Shown here piece after piece: positions 1 to 9,061 of a stretch of 34,278 nucleotides of DNA (position 1 is the first letter of the stretch; each line of letters starts with the position of its first letter). The position numbers and the translations under genes are program-made. This DNA comes from Acidobacteriota bacterium. Its GTDB lineage: Bacteria > Acidobacteriota > Vicinamibacteria > Vicinamibacterales > SCN-69-37. The DNA lies in the NCBI GenBank assembly GCA_021824055.1, contig JAKALV010000003.1, positions 1-34,278 on the forward strand. The letters are read 5' to 3'. A model generated the notes under the pieces. That model did no database searches and was not told the origin of the DNA. It saw only the letters and a program-made list of their open reading frames with translations.

Positions 1-1
1 G

Positions 2-2782
2 CTCGCGTCGGCCGGGTCAATGGCGCAGGTGGCGCAGAAGCCTGCGCCGCCGGCCGTTCGGACCGCGCCACGACCGGCGGTGGCCCGCATCACCACGCCG
101 AAGGAGGAGTTCGGCCACAACTTCGGCGACGACTACTTTCTCGCCAACTATCAGCAGATCTCCGCCTACTGGAAGAAGCTCGCGAAAGAGTCCAACCGGA
201 TCGTCCTCGAGGACATCGGCAAGACGGCCGAGGGACGCACCCAGCTCATGGCGATCGTGACGTCGCCGGAGAATCAGAAGAAGCTGGCGCGCTACAAGGA
301 AATCTCGCAAGAGCTGGCGCACGCTCGCGGGCCCGACGGCGTGGTATTGACCGAGGCGCAGGCGCGACTGCTGGCCAAAGAGGGCAAGACGGTCGTGTGG
401 ATCGACGGCGGCCTGCACGCGACCGAAGTGCTCGGCGCGCAGCAGCTCGGTGAGATGGTCTATCAGTTCGTCACCCGGAATGATGACGAGACGACGAGGA
501 TTCTGCAGGACTGCATCATCCTCTTCGTGCACGCCAATCCGGACGGCAACGATCTGACGGCCGATTGGTACATGCGCAATCCGGTGCCCGAGCAGCGTAC
601 GCTGGCCGGCCTGCCGAAGCTGTATCAGAAGTACATCGGCCACGACAACAACCGCGACTTCTTCGGGTCGACGCAGGCGGAAACCGAGAACATGAATCGC
701 GTGCTCTACCGCGAGTGGTTCCCGCAGATTCTCTACAACCACCACCAGAGCGGTCCCGCGGGCACGGTGCTGTGGTCGCCGCCGCTGCGCGACCCGTTCA
801 ACTACAACCAGGATCCGCTGCTCGTGCTGGGTATTCAGACGGTCGGGCTCGCGCTGCACACGCGCCTCGCGGCGGAAGGGAAGCCGGGCGCCACGATGCG
901 TAGCGGCGGTCCGTACGACGGATGGTGGAACGGCGGGCTGCGCAACACCGCCGCGTTTCACAACATCATCGCGATTCTGACGGAAATGATCGGCAGCCCC
1001 ACGCCGCAGCGCGTGCCGCTCGTGATGGATCGGCAGTTGCCGTCGAGCGATCTGACCTTTCCAGCGCCGCCGACCACGCCCGCCGCGCTGTGGCACTTCC
1101 GGCAGTCGATCGACTACTCGGTGGCGACCAACCGCGGCGTGCTCGACATCGCGTCGAAGATGCGTGAGAACTTTCTCTACAACATCTACCGGATGGGCAG
1201 GAACTCGATCGAGCGCGGCTCGGAGGATTACTGGACGCCGCGGCCGCACCGGTTGCAGGCGATCGCGACGGCGGCCGGCCTGGCCGGTCCGGCCGGGGGC
1301 GCGGCCGGCGGCCGCGGCGGCAGCACGCCCGAGCAGGATGCGGAGGTCTGGGCCGCGATGCACAGACCCGAGGATCGCGATCCGCGCGCGTTCATCATTC
1401 CGTCGAGTCAGCGCGACTTCCTGACGGCGAACACATTTATCGACGCGCTGCTCGAGACCGGCATTACCGTCGAGCGCGCGACACGCGCCTTCACGTTCGC
1501 CGGCACGACCTATCCGGCCGGATCGTTTGTGGTGAACACGAACCAGGCGTTCCGTCCGCACGTCATCGACATGTTCGAGCCGCAGGATCACCCCGACAAC
1601 TTCGCGTATCCCGGCGCGCCGCCCACGCGCCCATACGACAACGCCGGCTGGACGCTCGCCTTTCAGATGGGCGTCGAGTTCGAACGGGTCTTCGACACGG
1701 TGAAGGATGCGTCGCTCGAGGTGGTGAAGGACTGGAACATCACGCCGACGCCCGGCGTTGTCCGGCCGGCCGGTGCGGGTGGTTATCTCCTGAGCCACGA
1801 CGTGCTCGATTCGTTCCGCGCGCTCAACGCGCTCGCGGGGAGGCAGATCGCGATGACGTCGGCGCCGATGGTGATCGACGGCCGGACGTGGCCGACCGGC
1901 ACGTTCTGGGCCGAGGCGGGCGCCGAGCCGGTGCTCGCCGGCCTGGCGCAGAGGACCGGGATCAGCGCGCGCGCGTTGACGGCGATGCCCGATGGCCTCG
2001 TGCCGACGCGGACGCCGCGCATCGGACTGTGGGATCAGTACGGCGGTTCGATCGATGCCGGGTGGGCCCGCTGGATTCTCGAGCAGTTCGATTTCACGTT
2101 CGATCGCGTGTTCGCGCCGCAACTCGATGCGGGTAATCTCAACGCGAAGTATGACGTGCTGGTCTTTGTCGGCGGCGCGATTCCCGCGGGAGGCCTGGGC
2201 CGCGCCGGACGCAGTGGCGCTGGCGGCGGGGCCGTGGGCACCATCCTGCCGGTTCCGGCGGAGTACGTGAATCAGCAAGGATCGATCTCGGCCACCACGA
2301 TGGCCGCGCTGAAGACGTTCGCGGAGGCCGGCGGCACGATCATCGCCATCGGGTCATCGGCGACGAACCTCGGCGCCTATCTCGCCCTGCCGATGGAGAA
2401 CCACCTCGTCGAGAACGGCCAGCCGTTGCCGCAGACGAAGTTCTACACGCCCGGCTCGGTGTTGCGCGCGCGCGTCGACACGACGAGCCCGTTTGCGTAC
2501 GGCATGCAGGAACACACCGATGTGTTCTTCGACAACAGTCCGGTGTGGACGCTCGGGCCCGATGCGGCCGCGAGAGGCGTGAAGCCGATCGCCTGGTTCG
2601 ATTCGAAGACGCCGCTCAGGAGCGGATGGTCCTGGGGGCAGGCGTATCTGGACGGCGGCGTGATCGGCGTCGACGCGAAGGTGGGGCAGGGGCGGGTGCT
2701 GCTGTTTGGCGCGGAGATTCTGCAGCGCGCGCAGCCGCACGGCACGTTTAAACTGCTATTCAATGGCATCTGGACGAAATAG
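2..2782 (+). CDS. Secreted M14-family zinc carboxypeptidase with C-terminal extension (probably 5'-partial)
   Basis: 920-aa ORF from ATG 20. The frame is open to the window edge (LASAGSMAQ, resembling a signal peptide end), so the true start is probably upstream. M14 motifs: GLHATE (HxxE), ANPDG, DNNRD, YNHHQ. Confidence 0.85.
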   Translation, partial: LASAGSMAQVAQKPAPPAVRTAPRPAVARITTPKEEFGHNFGDDYFLANYQQISAYWKKLAKESNRIVLEDIGKTAEGRTQLMAIVTSPENQKKLARYKEISQELAHARGPDGVVLTEAQARLLAKEGKTVVWIDGGLHATEVLGAQQLGEMVYQFVTRNDDETTRILQDCIILFVHANPDGNDLTADWYMRNPVPEQRTLAGLPKLYQKYIGHDNNRDFFGSTQAETENMNRVLYREWFPQILYNHHQSGPAGTVLWSPPLRDPFNYNQDPLLVLGIQTVGLALHTRLAAEGKPGATMRSGGPYDGWWNGGLRNTAAFHNIIAILTEMIGSPTPQRVPLVMDRQLPSSDLTFPAPPTTPAALWHFRQSIDYSVATNRGVLDIASKMRENFLYNIYRMGRNSIERGSEDYWTPRPHRLQAIATAAGLAGPAGGAAGGRGGSTPEQDAEVWAAMHRPEDRDPRAFIIPSSQRDFLTANTFIDALLETGITVERATRAFTFAGTTYPAGSFVVNTNQAFRPHVIDMFEPQDHPDNFAYPGAPPTRPYDNAGWTLAFQMGVEFERVFDTVKDASLEVVKDWNITPTPGVVRPAGAGGYLLSHDVLDSFRALNALAGRQIAMTSAPMVIDGRTWPTGTFWAEAGAEPVLAGLAQRTGISARALTAMPDGLVPTRTPRIGLWDQYGGSIDAGWARWILEQFDFTFDRVFAPQLDAGNLNAKYDVLVFVGGAIPAGGLGRAGRSGAGGGAVGTILPVPAEYVNQQGSISATTMAALKTFAEAGGTIIAIGSSATNLGAYLALPMENHLVENGQPLPQTKFYTPGSVLRARVDTTSPFAYGMQEHTDVFFDNSPVWTLGPDAAARGVKPIAWFDSKTPLRSGWSWGQAYLDGGVIGVDAKVGQGRVLLFGAEILQRAQPHGTFKLLFNGIWTK

Positions 2783-4292
2783 CAAACCTACCGTCTTCAC
2801 GGTTCTCTTGGCCGTCGGGATGGGCGTTGGCGCGTGGGCGCAGCAGGAGCCCGTGGATTCGGCGGCGATCGCGAAGATCCGCGACGAGGGCCTGAACCGA
2901 TCGAAGGTGACCGAGCCGTTCGACATGTTCGCCAACACTATCGGCCCGCGCCTGACCGGATCGCCGGCTCACAAGCGCGCGGCGGAATGGGCCCGCGACA
3001 CGCTCACGAAATGGGGCATCTCGAACGCGCATCTCGAGGCGTGGGAATTCGGTCGGGGGTGGGAGCTGCAGAAGCTCACCATCGAAATGGTGGAGCCGCG
3101 CTACATGCCGCTCACCGGGTTCGCCGAGGCCTGGACCCCGTCGACGCCAGGGGAAATCGTGATTCCGGCGGTGTCCACCGCAGGCAAGACGCCTGAGGAA
3201 GTCGCGGCGCTGCCGATCAAGGGCGCGGCGCTGCTGCAGCAGGGCGTCGTGACGGCGTTCATTGACAAGGATCGGGAACAGCCGGAGCTCGTTCAGGGCG
3301 CCCGCATCGGCGCGCCCCCTGCGCCGCGAGAACCAGGTTCGGCTCCTGCCGCGCGAGGTTCGGCTGCGGCCGCTCCTCGTTCAGGGGGCGCTGGGCGTGG
3401 TTCGGGGGACTCCGCCGGTAGTCCGGTTCCCAACCCCGCCTCTGCCGCCGCTGTCCTGATCAAGCCGAGCCGTGGCATGCAGGGCACAGTGTTCGTGCAG
3501 GCCGGGCGCGAGACGCCCGCCGCGACCCAGCCGGCCATCGTGCTCATGGCCGAGCACTACAACATCGTGGCGCGCCTGCTGGCCCAGGGCGTGCCGGTCA
3601 CGCTGCGCGTCAACGTTCAAGCGAAGTTCTACGAGGCCGACCGCAATTCATACAACGTCGTCGCCGAGATTCCCGGCACCGATCCGGTGCTGAAGAACGA
3701 CGTGGTCATCCTGGGCGCCCATCTTGATTCGTGGCACACGGCGACCGGCGCGACCGACAACGCGGACGGGGCCGCCGGTGTCATGGAGGCGTTCCGAATT
3801 CTGAAAGCGACAAGACTGCAGCCCAAACGCACGTTGCGTCTCGCGCTCTGGAGCGGCGAGGAAGAGGGTTTGTACGGATCGAAACACTACGTGGACGACC
3901 ACCTCGCCGGCGACATGCACGCGGCCGACCGCGAGCAGGTCAGCGCGTACTTCAATATCGATCCGGGCACGGGGCCGATCTACGGCTGGTACTGCGAGGG
4001 CAATGCGGCTGCCAAGGCGATCTTCGACGCGTGGCTGACGCCCTTCAAGGACCTGGGGGCGCGCCAGAACGTGCTGCCGGGAATCGGCAACACCGACCAC
4101 CTGAGCTTCAGGGCGGTCGGCATCCCGGCGTTCAATGCGATCCAGGACTATACCGCCTACGATACGCGCCTGCACCACACGAACGTGGACACGGCCGAGT
4201 ATGTGAACGTGGCCGATCTGAAGCAGACGGCTGTCGTGCTGGCGGGATTCGCCTTCCAGGCGGCACAGCGACCGGAGCGCATTCCGAGGTAA
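2763..4292 (+). CDS. Secreted M28-family metallopeptidase (carboxypeptidase Q-like)
   Basis: ATG 2763 gives a signal peptide (VFTVLLAVGMGVGAWA-QQ). Motifs: IGPRLTGS, GAHLDS, TDNADG, GEEEGL, NTDH, HHTNVD. Overlaps the upstream stop, consistent with an operon. Confidence 0.88.
   Translation: MASGRNSKPTVFTVLLAVGMGVGAWAQQEPVDSAAIAKIRDEGLNRSKVTEPFDMFANTIGPRLTGSPAHKRAAEWARDTLTKWGISNAHLEAWEFGRGWELQKLTIEMVEPRYMPLTGFAEAWTPSTPGEIVIPAVSTAGKTPEEVAALPIKGAALLQQGVVTAFIDKDREQPELVQGARIGAPPAPREPGSAPAARGSAAAAPRSGGAGRGSGDSAGSPVPNPASAAAVLIKPSRGMQGTVFVQAGRETPAATQPAIVLMAEHYNIVARLLAQGVPVTLRVNVQAKFYEADRNSYNVVAEIPGTDPVLKNDVVILGAHLDSWHTATGATDNADGAAGVMEAFRILKATRLQPKRTLRLALWSGEEEGLYGSKHYVDDHLAGDMHAADREQVSAYFNIDPGTGPIYGWYCEGNAAAKAIFDAWLTPFKDLGARQNVLPGIGNTDHLSFRAVGIPAFNAIQDYTAYDTRLHHTNVDTAEYVNVADLKQTAVVLAGFAFQAAQRPERIPR
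3336..3419 (+). repeat. Four degenerate 21-bp in-frame repeats encoding a Gly/Ser/Ala/Pro linker
   Basis: Units begin at 3336, 3357, 3378 and 3399 (ggttcggct, ggttcggct, cgttcaggg, ggttcgggg), giving GSAPAAR/GSAAAAP/RSGGAGR/GSGDSAG. Confidence 0.55.
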
Positions 4293-4339
4293 AGTTTTCC
4301 TCAGGCCGCCGGGCGAAATCCGCGGTCTAAAGAGGTGCC

Positions 4340-4882
4340 ATGACTCCCCAGTCACCACGTAGGTCTCAGTCCGCCCAGCGCGGTTTCACGCTCATCGAGC
4401 TCCTGATCGTCGTCGCCATCATCAGCATCATCGCCGCGGTGGCCGTGCCGAACCTGCTGCGCTCGCGCCAGACGGGCAACGAGGTGTCGGCGGCCACGTC
4501 GCTGCTGGCCATTTCAAAAGCCCAGGTCATGTATTCGGTCTCGTGCGGCGGTGGCGGTTATGCGGCTTCGTTGCCCACCCTGGGCGTCCCGTCGCCAGGG
4601 ACCACCGAGGCGTATCTCTCGGCGGATCTCACCATGTCGCCGACGCCCTTCAAAGCCGGCTACAACTTCACGATGGGCCCCGGAGCCGGGGCCAGCGCCG
4701 GCGCAAACGACTGCAACGGCACCGTCACGCAGAGCAACTACTACGCGACCGCCGTGCCCCAGACCTTTGGGACGAGCGGATCACGCTCCTTTGCGATCAA
4801 CGCGTCGGGGACCGTGTGGATGAACAATACGGCAGCCGCGCCGACAGAGCCGTTTGGCGCGCCGGCGACGACGTATCGATAG
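4340..4882 (+). CDS. Type IV pilin / pseudopilin with prepilin N-terminal cleavage-methylation motif
   Basis: Basic leader, then G|FTLIE followed by a hydrophobic helix (LLIVVAIISIIAAVAVP). Two Cys in the globular domain. RBS gaggtg precedes the ATG. Confidence 0.9.
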   Translation: MTPQSPRRSQSAQRGFTLIELLIVVAIISIIAAVAVPNLLRSRQTGNEVSAATSLLAISKAQVMYSVSCGGGGYAASLPTLGVPSPGTTEAYLSADLTMSPTPFKAGYNFTMGPGAGASAGANDCNGTVTQSNYYATAVPQTFGTSGSRSFAINASGTVWMNNTAAAPTEPFGAPATTYR

Positions 4883-4889
4883 TCAGGCA

Positions 4890-5120
4890 ATGGGGCAGTG
4901 GGGCATCCTTCCTCTCGTTTTTGCTCTCATTCTTCCGGCGGCGCAAGCCGCTCAGACGCCATCACAGCCCGCTCCGGTTCGCCTGAATGGAGTGTGGGAC
5001 CTCGACAAGGCCCTCTCAACCAAACCAATGGCCGCGCCCGGTGAGCAGCCCGGCGACGACGGCGGGCGGCGTTCATGCGCTTCGTGTACGACCATTCTTT
5101 GGTGCAATACGAATCGCTGA
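4890..5120 (+). pseudogene. Probable truncated or internally deleted secreted-protein gene
   Basis: 76 aa: signal peptide (ILPLVFALILPAAQA), then LNGVWDLDKALS and a Gly-rich stretch, then an abrupt switch to an unrelated-looking tail. Confidence 0.45.
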
Positions 5121-5174
5121 CGCCGGTGGCGCGCTGCGCCCGCGACCGGCGCCGTCATGCGGTAATCTCGACGG

Positions 5175-5582
5175 ATGAACGAGCGAGTTCTCCTCAGTGC
5201 GGTAGCCGGCATTTGTTTTGGACTGTGGCCTCTGGTCATGAACCGCGTGCGCCTCGACCCCTACGTGACCGTGATCGTCTTTCTCGCCGGCTCGCTGCTC
5301 TTCGCGTTGCCGGCCGCCTTCTTCGGAAACTGGTCGGGGATCAGCGGCAGCCAGCTGCGCGTGGCGGCCATCGCGTGCGCGATTTCCGCGATAGGCAGCA
5401 TCAGCTTCAATCGCATGCTCGCCACCACCACCGTTGCCGAGGTGGCGAACATGTTTCTTGTGATGCTGGTGGTGCAGGTCGCGGTGCCGGCCGCCGTATT
5501 GCTGCGATCAGGCGCGTCGACCCGTCAGATCGCGGGGCTATGCGCCGCCGCGCTGGCCGTGGTGCTGCTCGGGAAGCGATAG
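5175..5582 (+). CDS. Small integral membrane protein, single-domain EamA/DMT-like
   Basis: 135 aa with about 5 hydrophobic segments. N-terminal GxxFGxW and C-terminal QIAGLCAAALAVVLL patterns resemble EamA. TAATCT lies 6 nt before the ATG. Confidence 0.65.
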   Translation: MNERVLLSAVAGICFGLWPLVMNRVRLDPYVTVIVFLAGSLLFALPAAFFGNWSGISGSQLRVAAIACAISAIGSISFNRMLATTTVAEVANMFLVMLVVQVAVPAAVLLRSGASTRQIAGLCAAALAVVLLGKR

Positions 5583-5587
5583 CCGCG

Positions 5588-8248
5588 CTACCGCAGCGCA
5601 GCGGCGAGGAGTTCGCGGGCCTTCGCCAGCAATTCCTCGATCTTTGACGCGTCCTTGCCGCCGGCTTCCGCGAAATCCGGACGGCCGCCACCGCCACCGC
5701 CGACGATCGGCGCCAGTTCCTTCACAAGCGCGCCAGCTTTGACACGATCCGTCAGGTCCTTCGTGACCGATACGAGCAGCGACACCTTGCCGTCAGTCTC
5801 CGCGGCGATGACCACAACGCCTCGCTGGAGGCGGTCTCGAAGCGAATCCGCCAGGCCGCGCAGCGCGTTCTTTTCAAGTCCGCTGACGCGCCGCGCCACG
5901 AACTTCGCATCGCCCATCGTCACCACGTCATCGTCGCCGCCGCCCTTGGCGTTGCCGCCCAGCGCCAGCGTCATCTTGAGCTGCTCGTTCTCGCGCGCGA
6001 GCTTCCGGGCCTCGCTCTGCAGCTTCGCGATGGCCTCGGCCGCGTGCTCCGCCGGCACGTTGAGCGCCTCCAGCGTCCGGCCGAGCGTGTCACGCTGGGC
6101 CTGGATGTAGGCGACCGCGCCGGCGCCCGTCAGCGCCTCGATGCGGCGGATGCCGGCCGCCACGCCGGCTTCCTCGGTGATGACAAAGGGTCCGATGTCG
6201 CCGGTGGCGCCCACGTGCGTGCCGCCGCACAGCTCGGTCGAGAAGCCCTCGACGCTGACCACGCGCACGCGGTCGCCGTATTTCTCGCCGAAGAGGGCCA
6301 TGGCGCCGGACTTCATCGCCTCCTCAGTGTTCTTCTCCGTCGTCGTCACAGTGACGTTGCGAAAGATCTCCGCGTTGACGATCCGTTCGATCTGCTGCTT
6401 CTCGTCGTGGCCGACCGCGGCATCGTGCGCGAAGTCGAAGCGCAAGCGGTCGGGCGCCACAAGGGAACCCTTCTGGCGCACGTGCGTGCCGAGCGTCCTG
6501 CGCAGCGCGGCATGCAGCAGGTGGGTTGCCGTGTGGTTGCGCCGGGTGGCGTCACGCCGCTCGGCGTCCACGGCGGCCGTGACGATGTCCCCCACGGACA
6601 GCGTGCCGTCTTCGATCTCGACGAAGTGCACGCGCGATCTGCTGAACTTCTTCGACACGTCCAGCACGAGCGCCCGCGCGTGCGGGGACACGAGCGTGCC
6701 TTCGTCGGACACCTGCCCGCCGGACTCGACATAGAACGGCGTCACGTCGAGCACCACGCCGCCACGCTGGCCCTTGGAGAGGGCGGCGACCGGCGACAAT
6801 TTCTCGTCCACCAGGTGCAGGACGCGGGATCCCGCGTGGGTCGTGGCGTCGTACCCGACGAATGTCTCGTCGAAGTCCTTCACAAAGGCCGAGCCGTCGA
6901 CCTTGAACTTCGCCGACGCCCGCGCGCGCGCCCGTTGCGCGTTCATGGCCGCATCGTAGGACACACGATCGATCGTGAGGCCGCGCTGGCCGGCCAGGTC
7001 CTCGGCGAAATCAAACGGCACGCCGAGCGAGTCGTACAGCTTGAACACTTCGTCGCCCGGCACGGTCCTGGCCCTGGCGGCAATCGTACGATCGATCAGG
7101 TCCTCCAGTCTGGGCAGGCCCGTGGTCAGCACCATGTCGAAGCGTTCTTCTTCCGACCTGATTGCGCGTACGATCGCTTCGCGATTGGCGCTGAGCTCGG
7201 GATACGCGCCACCCATTTCGCGAATAACGACGTCGGCCAGTTCGAAGAGCACGGGCTCGGTGAATCCGAGTGTCTTGCCGTGGCGCATCGCGCGCCGCAT
7301 GATCTTGCGCAACACATAGCCGCGCCATTCGTTGGACGGCTCGACGCCGTCGGCAATGAGGAACGTCATGGCTCGCAGATGGTCGGCGATCACGCGCATG
7401 GATACATCCGGGTGATCGCCGCCGCCCTCGAATGCGCCATAGGTGCGGCCGGCGCGTTCGCCGATGGCCGTCAGGAGCGGCATGAAGACGTCAGTGTCGT
7501 AGTTGGACAGCTTGCCCTGCAGCACCGCGACGATGCGCTCGAAGCCCATGCCGGTGTCCACCGAGAGGGCGGGCAATGGATGCAGCGTGCCCTGGTCGTC
7601 GCGGTTGAACTCCATGAACACGTTGTTCCAGACTTCGACGTAGCGCTGGCAGCTGCACTCGACGCCCAGACACACGGGCGCGTCGCAGGGGATCTCGTGG
7701 CCGCGGAAGTAGTGGATTTCCGAACAGCGGCCGCACGGGCCCGTCTCGCCCATCTGCCAGAAGTTTTCGGCCAAGCCGAGTGCCGTGATGCGTGCCGCGG
7801 GGACCAGGCCTTTCCAGATGTCGAAGGCTTCGGCGTCACGCGGAATACCGGCCTCGCCCTTGAAGACCGTCGGGTACAGCCTCTCGGGATCGAGTTTCCA
7901 GACTTTGGTGAGGAGTTCCCAGGCAAACGGGATCGCGTCCTTCTTGAAGTAGTCGCCGAACGAGAAGTTGCCCAGCATCTCGAAGAACGTGTGATGGCGC
8001 AGCGAGGGGCCCACGTTCTCGAGGTCGTTGTGCTTGCCGCTGACGCGCATGCACTTCTGCACCGTTGTCGCCCGCCGGTAGTCGCGCCGCTCTTTGCCCA
8101 GAAACAGGTCCTTGAACTGGTTCATCCCCGCGTTGGTGAACAGCAGGGTCGGATCCTCATGCGGTACGAGCGACGACGACGGCACCATGCGGTGGCCGTG
8201 GGATTCAAAGTACTTCAGGAACGACAGCCGGATTTCAGACGAGGTCAT
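5588..8248 (-). CDS. alaS: Alanine--tRNA ligase
   Basis: MTSSEIRxxFLxYF, DPTLLFTNAGM, RHHTFFEMLGNFSFGDYFK, editing domain NHTATHLLH and ELCGGTH, C-terminal GGGGG DHHA1 domain. Alternative GTG start at 8254. Confidence 0.98.
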   Translation of the reverse strand: MTSSEIRLSFLKYFESHGHRMVPSSSLVPHEDPTLLFTNAGMNQFKDLFLGKERRDYRRATTVQKCMRVSGKHNDLENVGPSLRHHTFFEMLGNFSFGDYFKKDAIPFAWELLTKVWKLDPERLYPTVFKGEAGIPRDAEAFDIWKGLVPAARITALGLAENFWQMGETGPCGRCSEIHYFRGHEIPCDAPVCLGVECSCQRYVEVWNNVFMEFNRDDQGTLHPLPALSVDTGMGFERIVAVLQGKLSNYDTDVFMPLLTAIGERAGRTYGAFEGGGDHPDVSMRVIADHLRAMTFLIADGVEPSNEWRGYVLRKIMRRAMRHGKTLGFTEPVLFELADVVIREMGGAYPELSANREAIVRAIRSEEERFDMVLTTGLPRLEDLIDRTIAARARTVPGDEVFKLYDSLGVPFDFAEDLAGQRGLTIDRVSYDAAMNAQRARARASAKFKVDGSAFVKDFDETFVGYDATTHAGSRVLHLVDEKLSPVAALSKGQRGGVVLDVTPFYVESGGQVSDEGTLVSPHARALVLDVSKKFSRSRVHFVEIEDGTLSVGDIVTAAVDAERRDATRRNHTATHLLHAALRRTLGTHVRQKGSLVAPDRLRFDFAHDAAVGHDEKQQIERIVNAEIFRNVTVTTTEKNTEEAMKSGAMALFGEKYGDRVRVVSVEGFSTELCGGTHVGATGDIGPFVITEEAGVAAGIRRIEALTGAGAVAYIQAQRDTLGRTLEALNVPAEHAAEAIAKLQSEARKLARENEQLKMTLALGGNAKGGGDDDVVTMGDAKFVARRVSGLEKNALRGLADSLRDRLQRGVVVIAAETDGKVSLLVSVTKDLTDRVKAGALVKELAPIVGGGGGGRPDFAEAGGKDASKIEELLAKARELLAAALR

Positions 8249-8257
8249 GACCACGAC

Positions 8258-8263
8258 ATTGTA
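8258..8263 (-). promoter_or_regulatory. Putative -10 element (TACAAT) of alaS, near-leaderless
   Basis: TACAAT on the minus strand, 9 nt upstream of ATG 8248, with no Shine-Dalgarno sequence. Confidence 0.5.
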
Positions 8264-8295
8264 CTAGGCAGGCACGGTGAGGCTTGTCGGCAGAT

Positions 8296-8577
8296 CAAGA
8301 GCTTTCACCATGAAGGCCCATGGAGAGCCATGGAGCTGAAACACCGAGGGCCTGGCGGCCGCCTCCGGCGGCCGGCCGGGATGAGGACGAGCGGGAACGA
8401 GAGAGCGTCTCGACCTCACGCGCTCTCTCGTTCCCGCTCGTCCTCATCCCGGCTCGCCCGGCGAAGCCGGGCCACCAGGCCCTCGAGACCTTCATGCCTT
8501 CATGTTGAGCGCTCTTGGACGACGCCCTTGGACGGCGTGCGGCTCCATGGAACTCCATCGCCCTCCATGTTGAGCGC
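8296..8577. repeat. Nested inverted-repeat element between recX and alaS
   Basis: Perfect 33-bp IR 8375-8407/8421-8453. 11-bp IR 8345-8355/8475-8485. Mini-hairpins 8356-8374 and 8456-8472. 18/21 IR 8296-8316/8497-8517. Inverted 10-mer arrays 8308-8336/8541-8570. Confidence 0.92.
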
Positions 8578-8598
8578 CTTGCGACTTGCCACCTTCTG

Positions 8599-9045
8599 CT
8601 ACTTGCGGCTCGCCCGTACTGCCTTGCTGATCGCTTCAGACGTGAAGCCCTTGCGGAGCAGCTGCTGGAAGATCTTCCGACGCTCTTCGGCGGTGGGCCT
8701 GGCCGGGAATCGTTTGCGCGACAGGAACTTCGCGATCGCGGCCGCTTCGTCGTCCGGCGGCAGGTCGGCGATCAACTCGTCGGCGAGGTGCCGGTCGATG
8801 CCGCGCGCGGCCAGTTCCTGGCGGATCCGCAGGCGCCCGCGGCCCTTGATCTGGCTGGACACCCGGACGTGCGCGGCGGCCACGCGGCGATCATCGATCG
8901 TGCGATCTTCGACGAGAGCCGCGACGACGGCGTCGACGTCAGCCGGTGGATGCTCGCGATCGATCAGGCGCTGGCGCAATTCGGCCGTCGTGTAGTCGCG
9001 GCGTCCGAGCAAGGCCAGCGCGGCGCCCCGCACCTTCGCGCTCAC
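8599..9045 (-). CDS. recX: Regulatory protein RecX
   Basis: ALALLGRRDYTTAELRQRL, IDDRRVA, GRLRIRQELAARGI, LLRKGF. GTG start at 9045 with GGAG RBS at 9053-9056. Confidence 0.92.
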   Translation of the reverse strand: MSAKVRGAALALLGRRDYTTAELRQRLIDREHPPADVDAVVAALVEDRTIDDRRVAAAHVRVSSQIKGRGRLRIRQELAARGIDRHLADELIADLPPDDEAAAIAKFLSRKRFPARPTAEERRKIFQQLLRKGFTSEAISKAVRASRK

Positions 9046-9061
9046 GCCGCCACTCCGCACA

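Noticed and set aside
17-2278. Long antisense ORFs (17-2278, 6044-8995, 9380-11422, 13845-15539, 17405-20050, 21277-23676, 30629-32641 and others)
   Set aside because: Shadow ORFs opposite well-supported genes. They are Arg/His-rich with no motifs, as expected in high-GC DNA.
8255-8598. T-box riboswitch upstream of alaS
   Set aside because: No T-box (UGGNACC antiterminator bulge) consensus was found on the minus strand, and alaS has a -10 box only 9 nt from its ATG.
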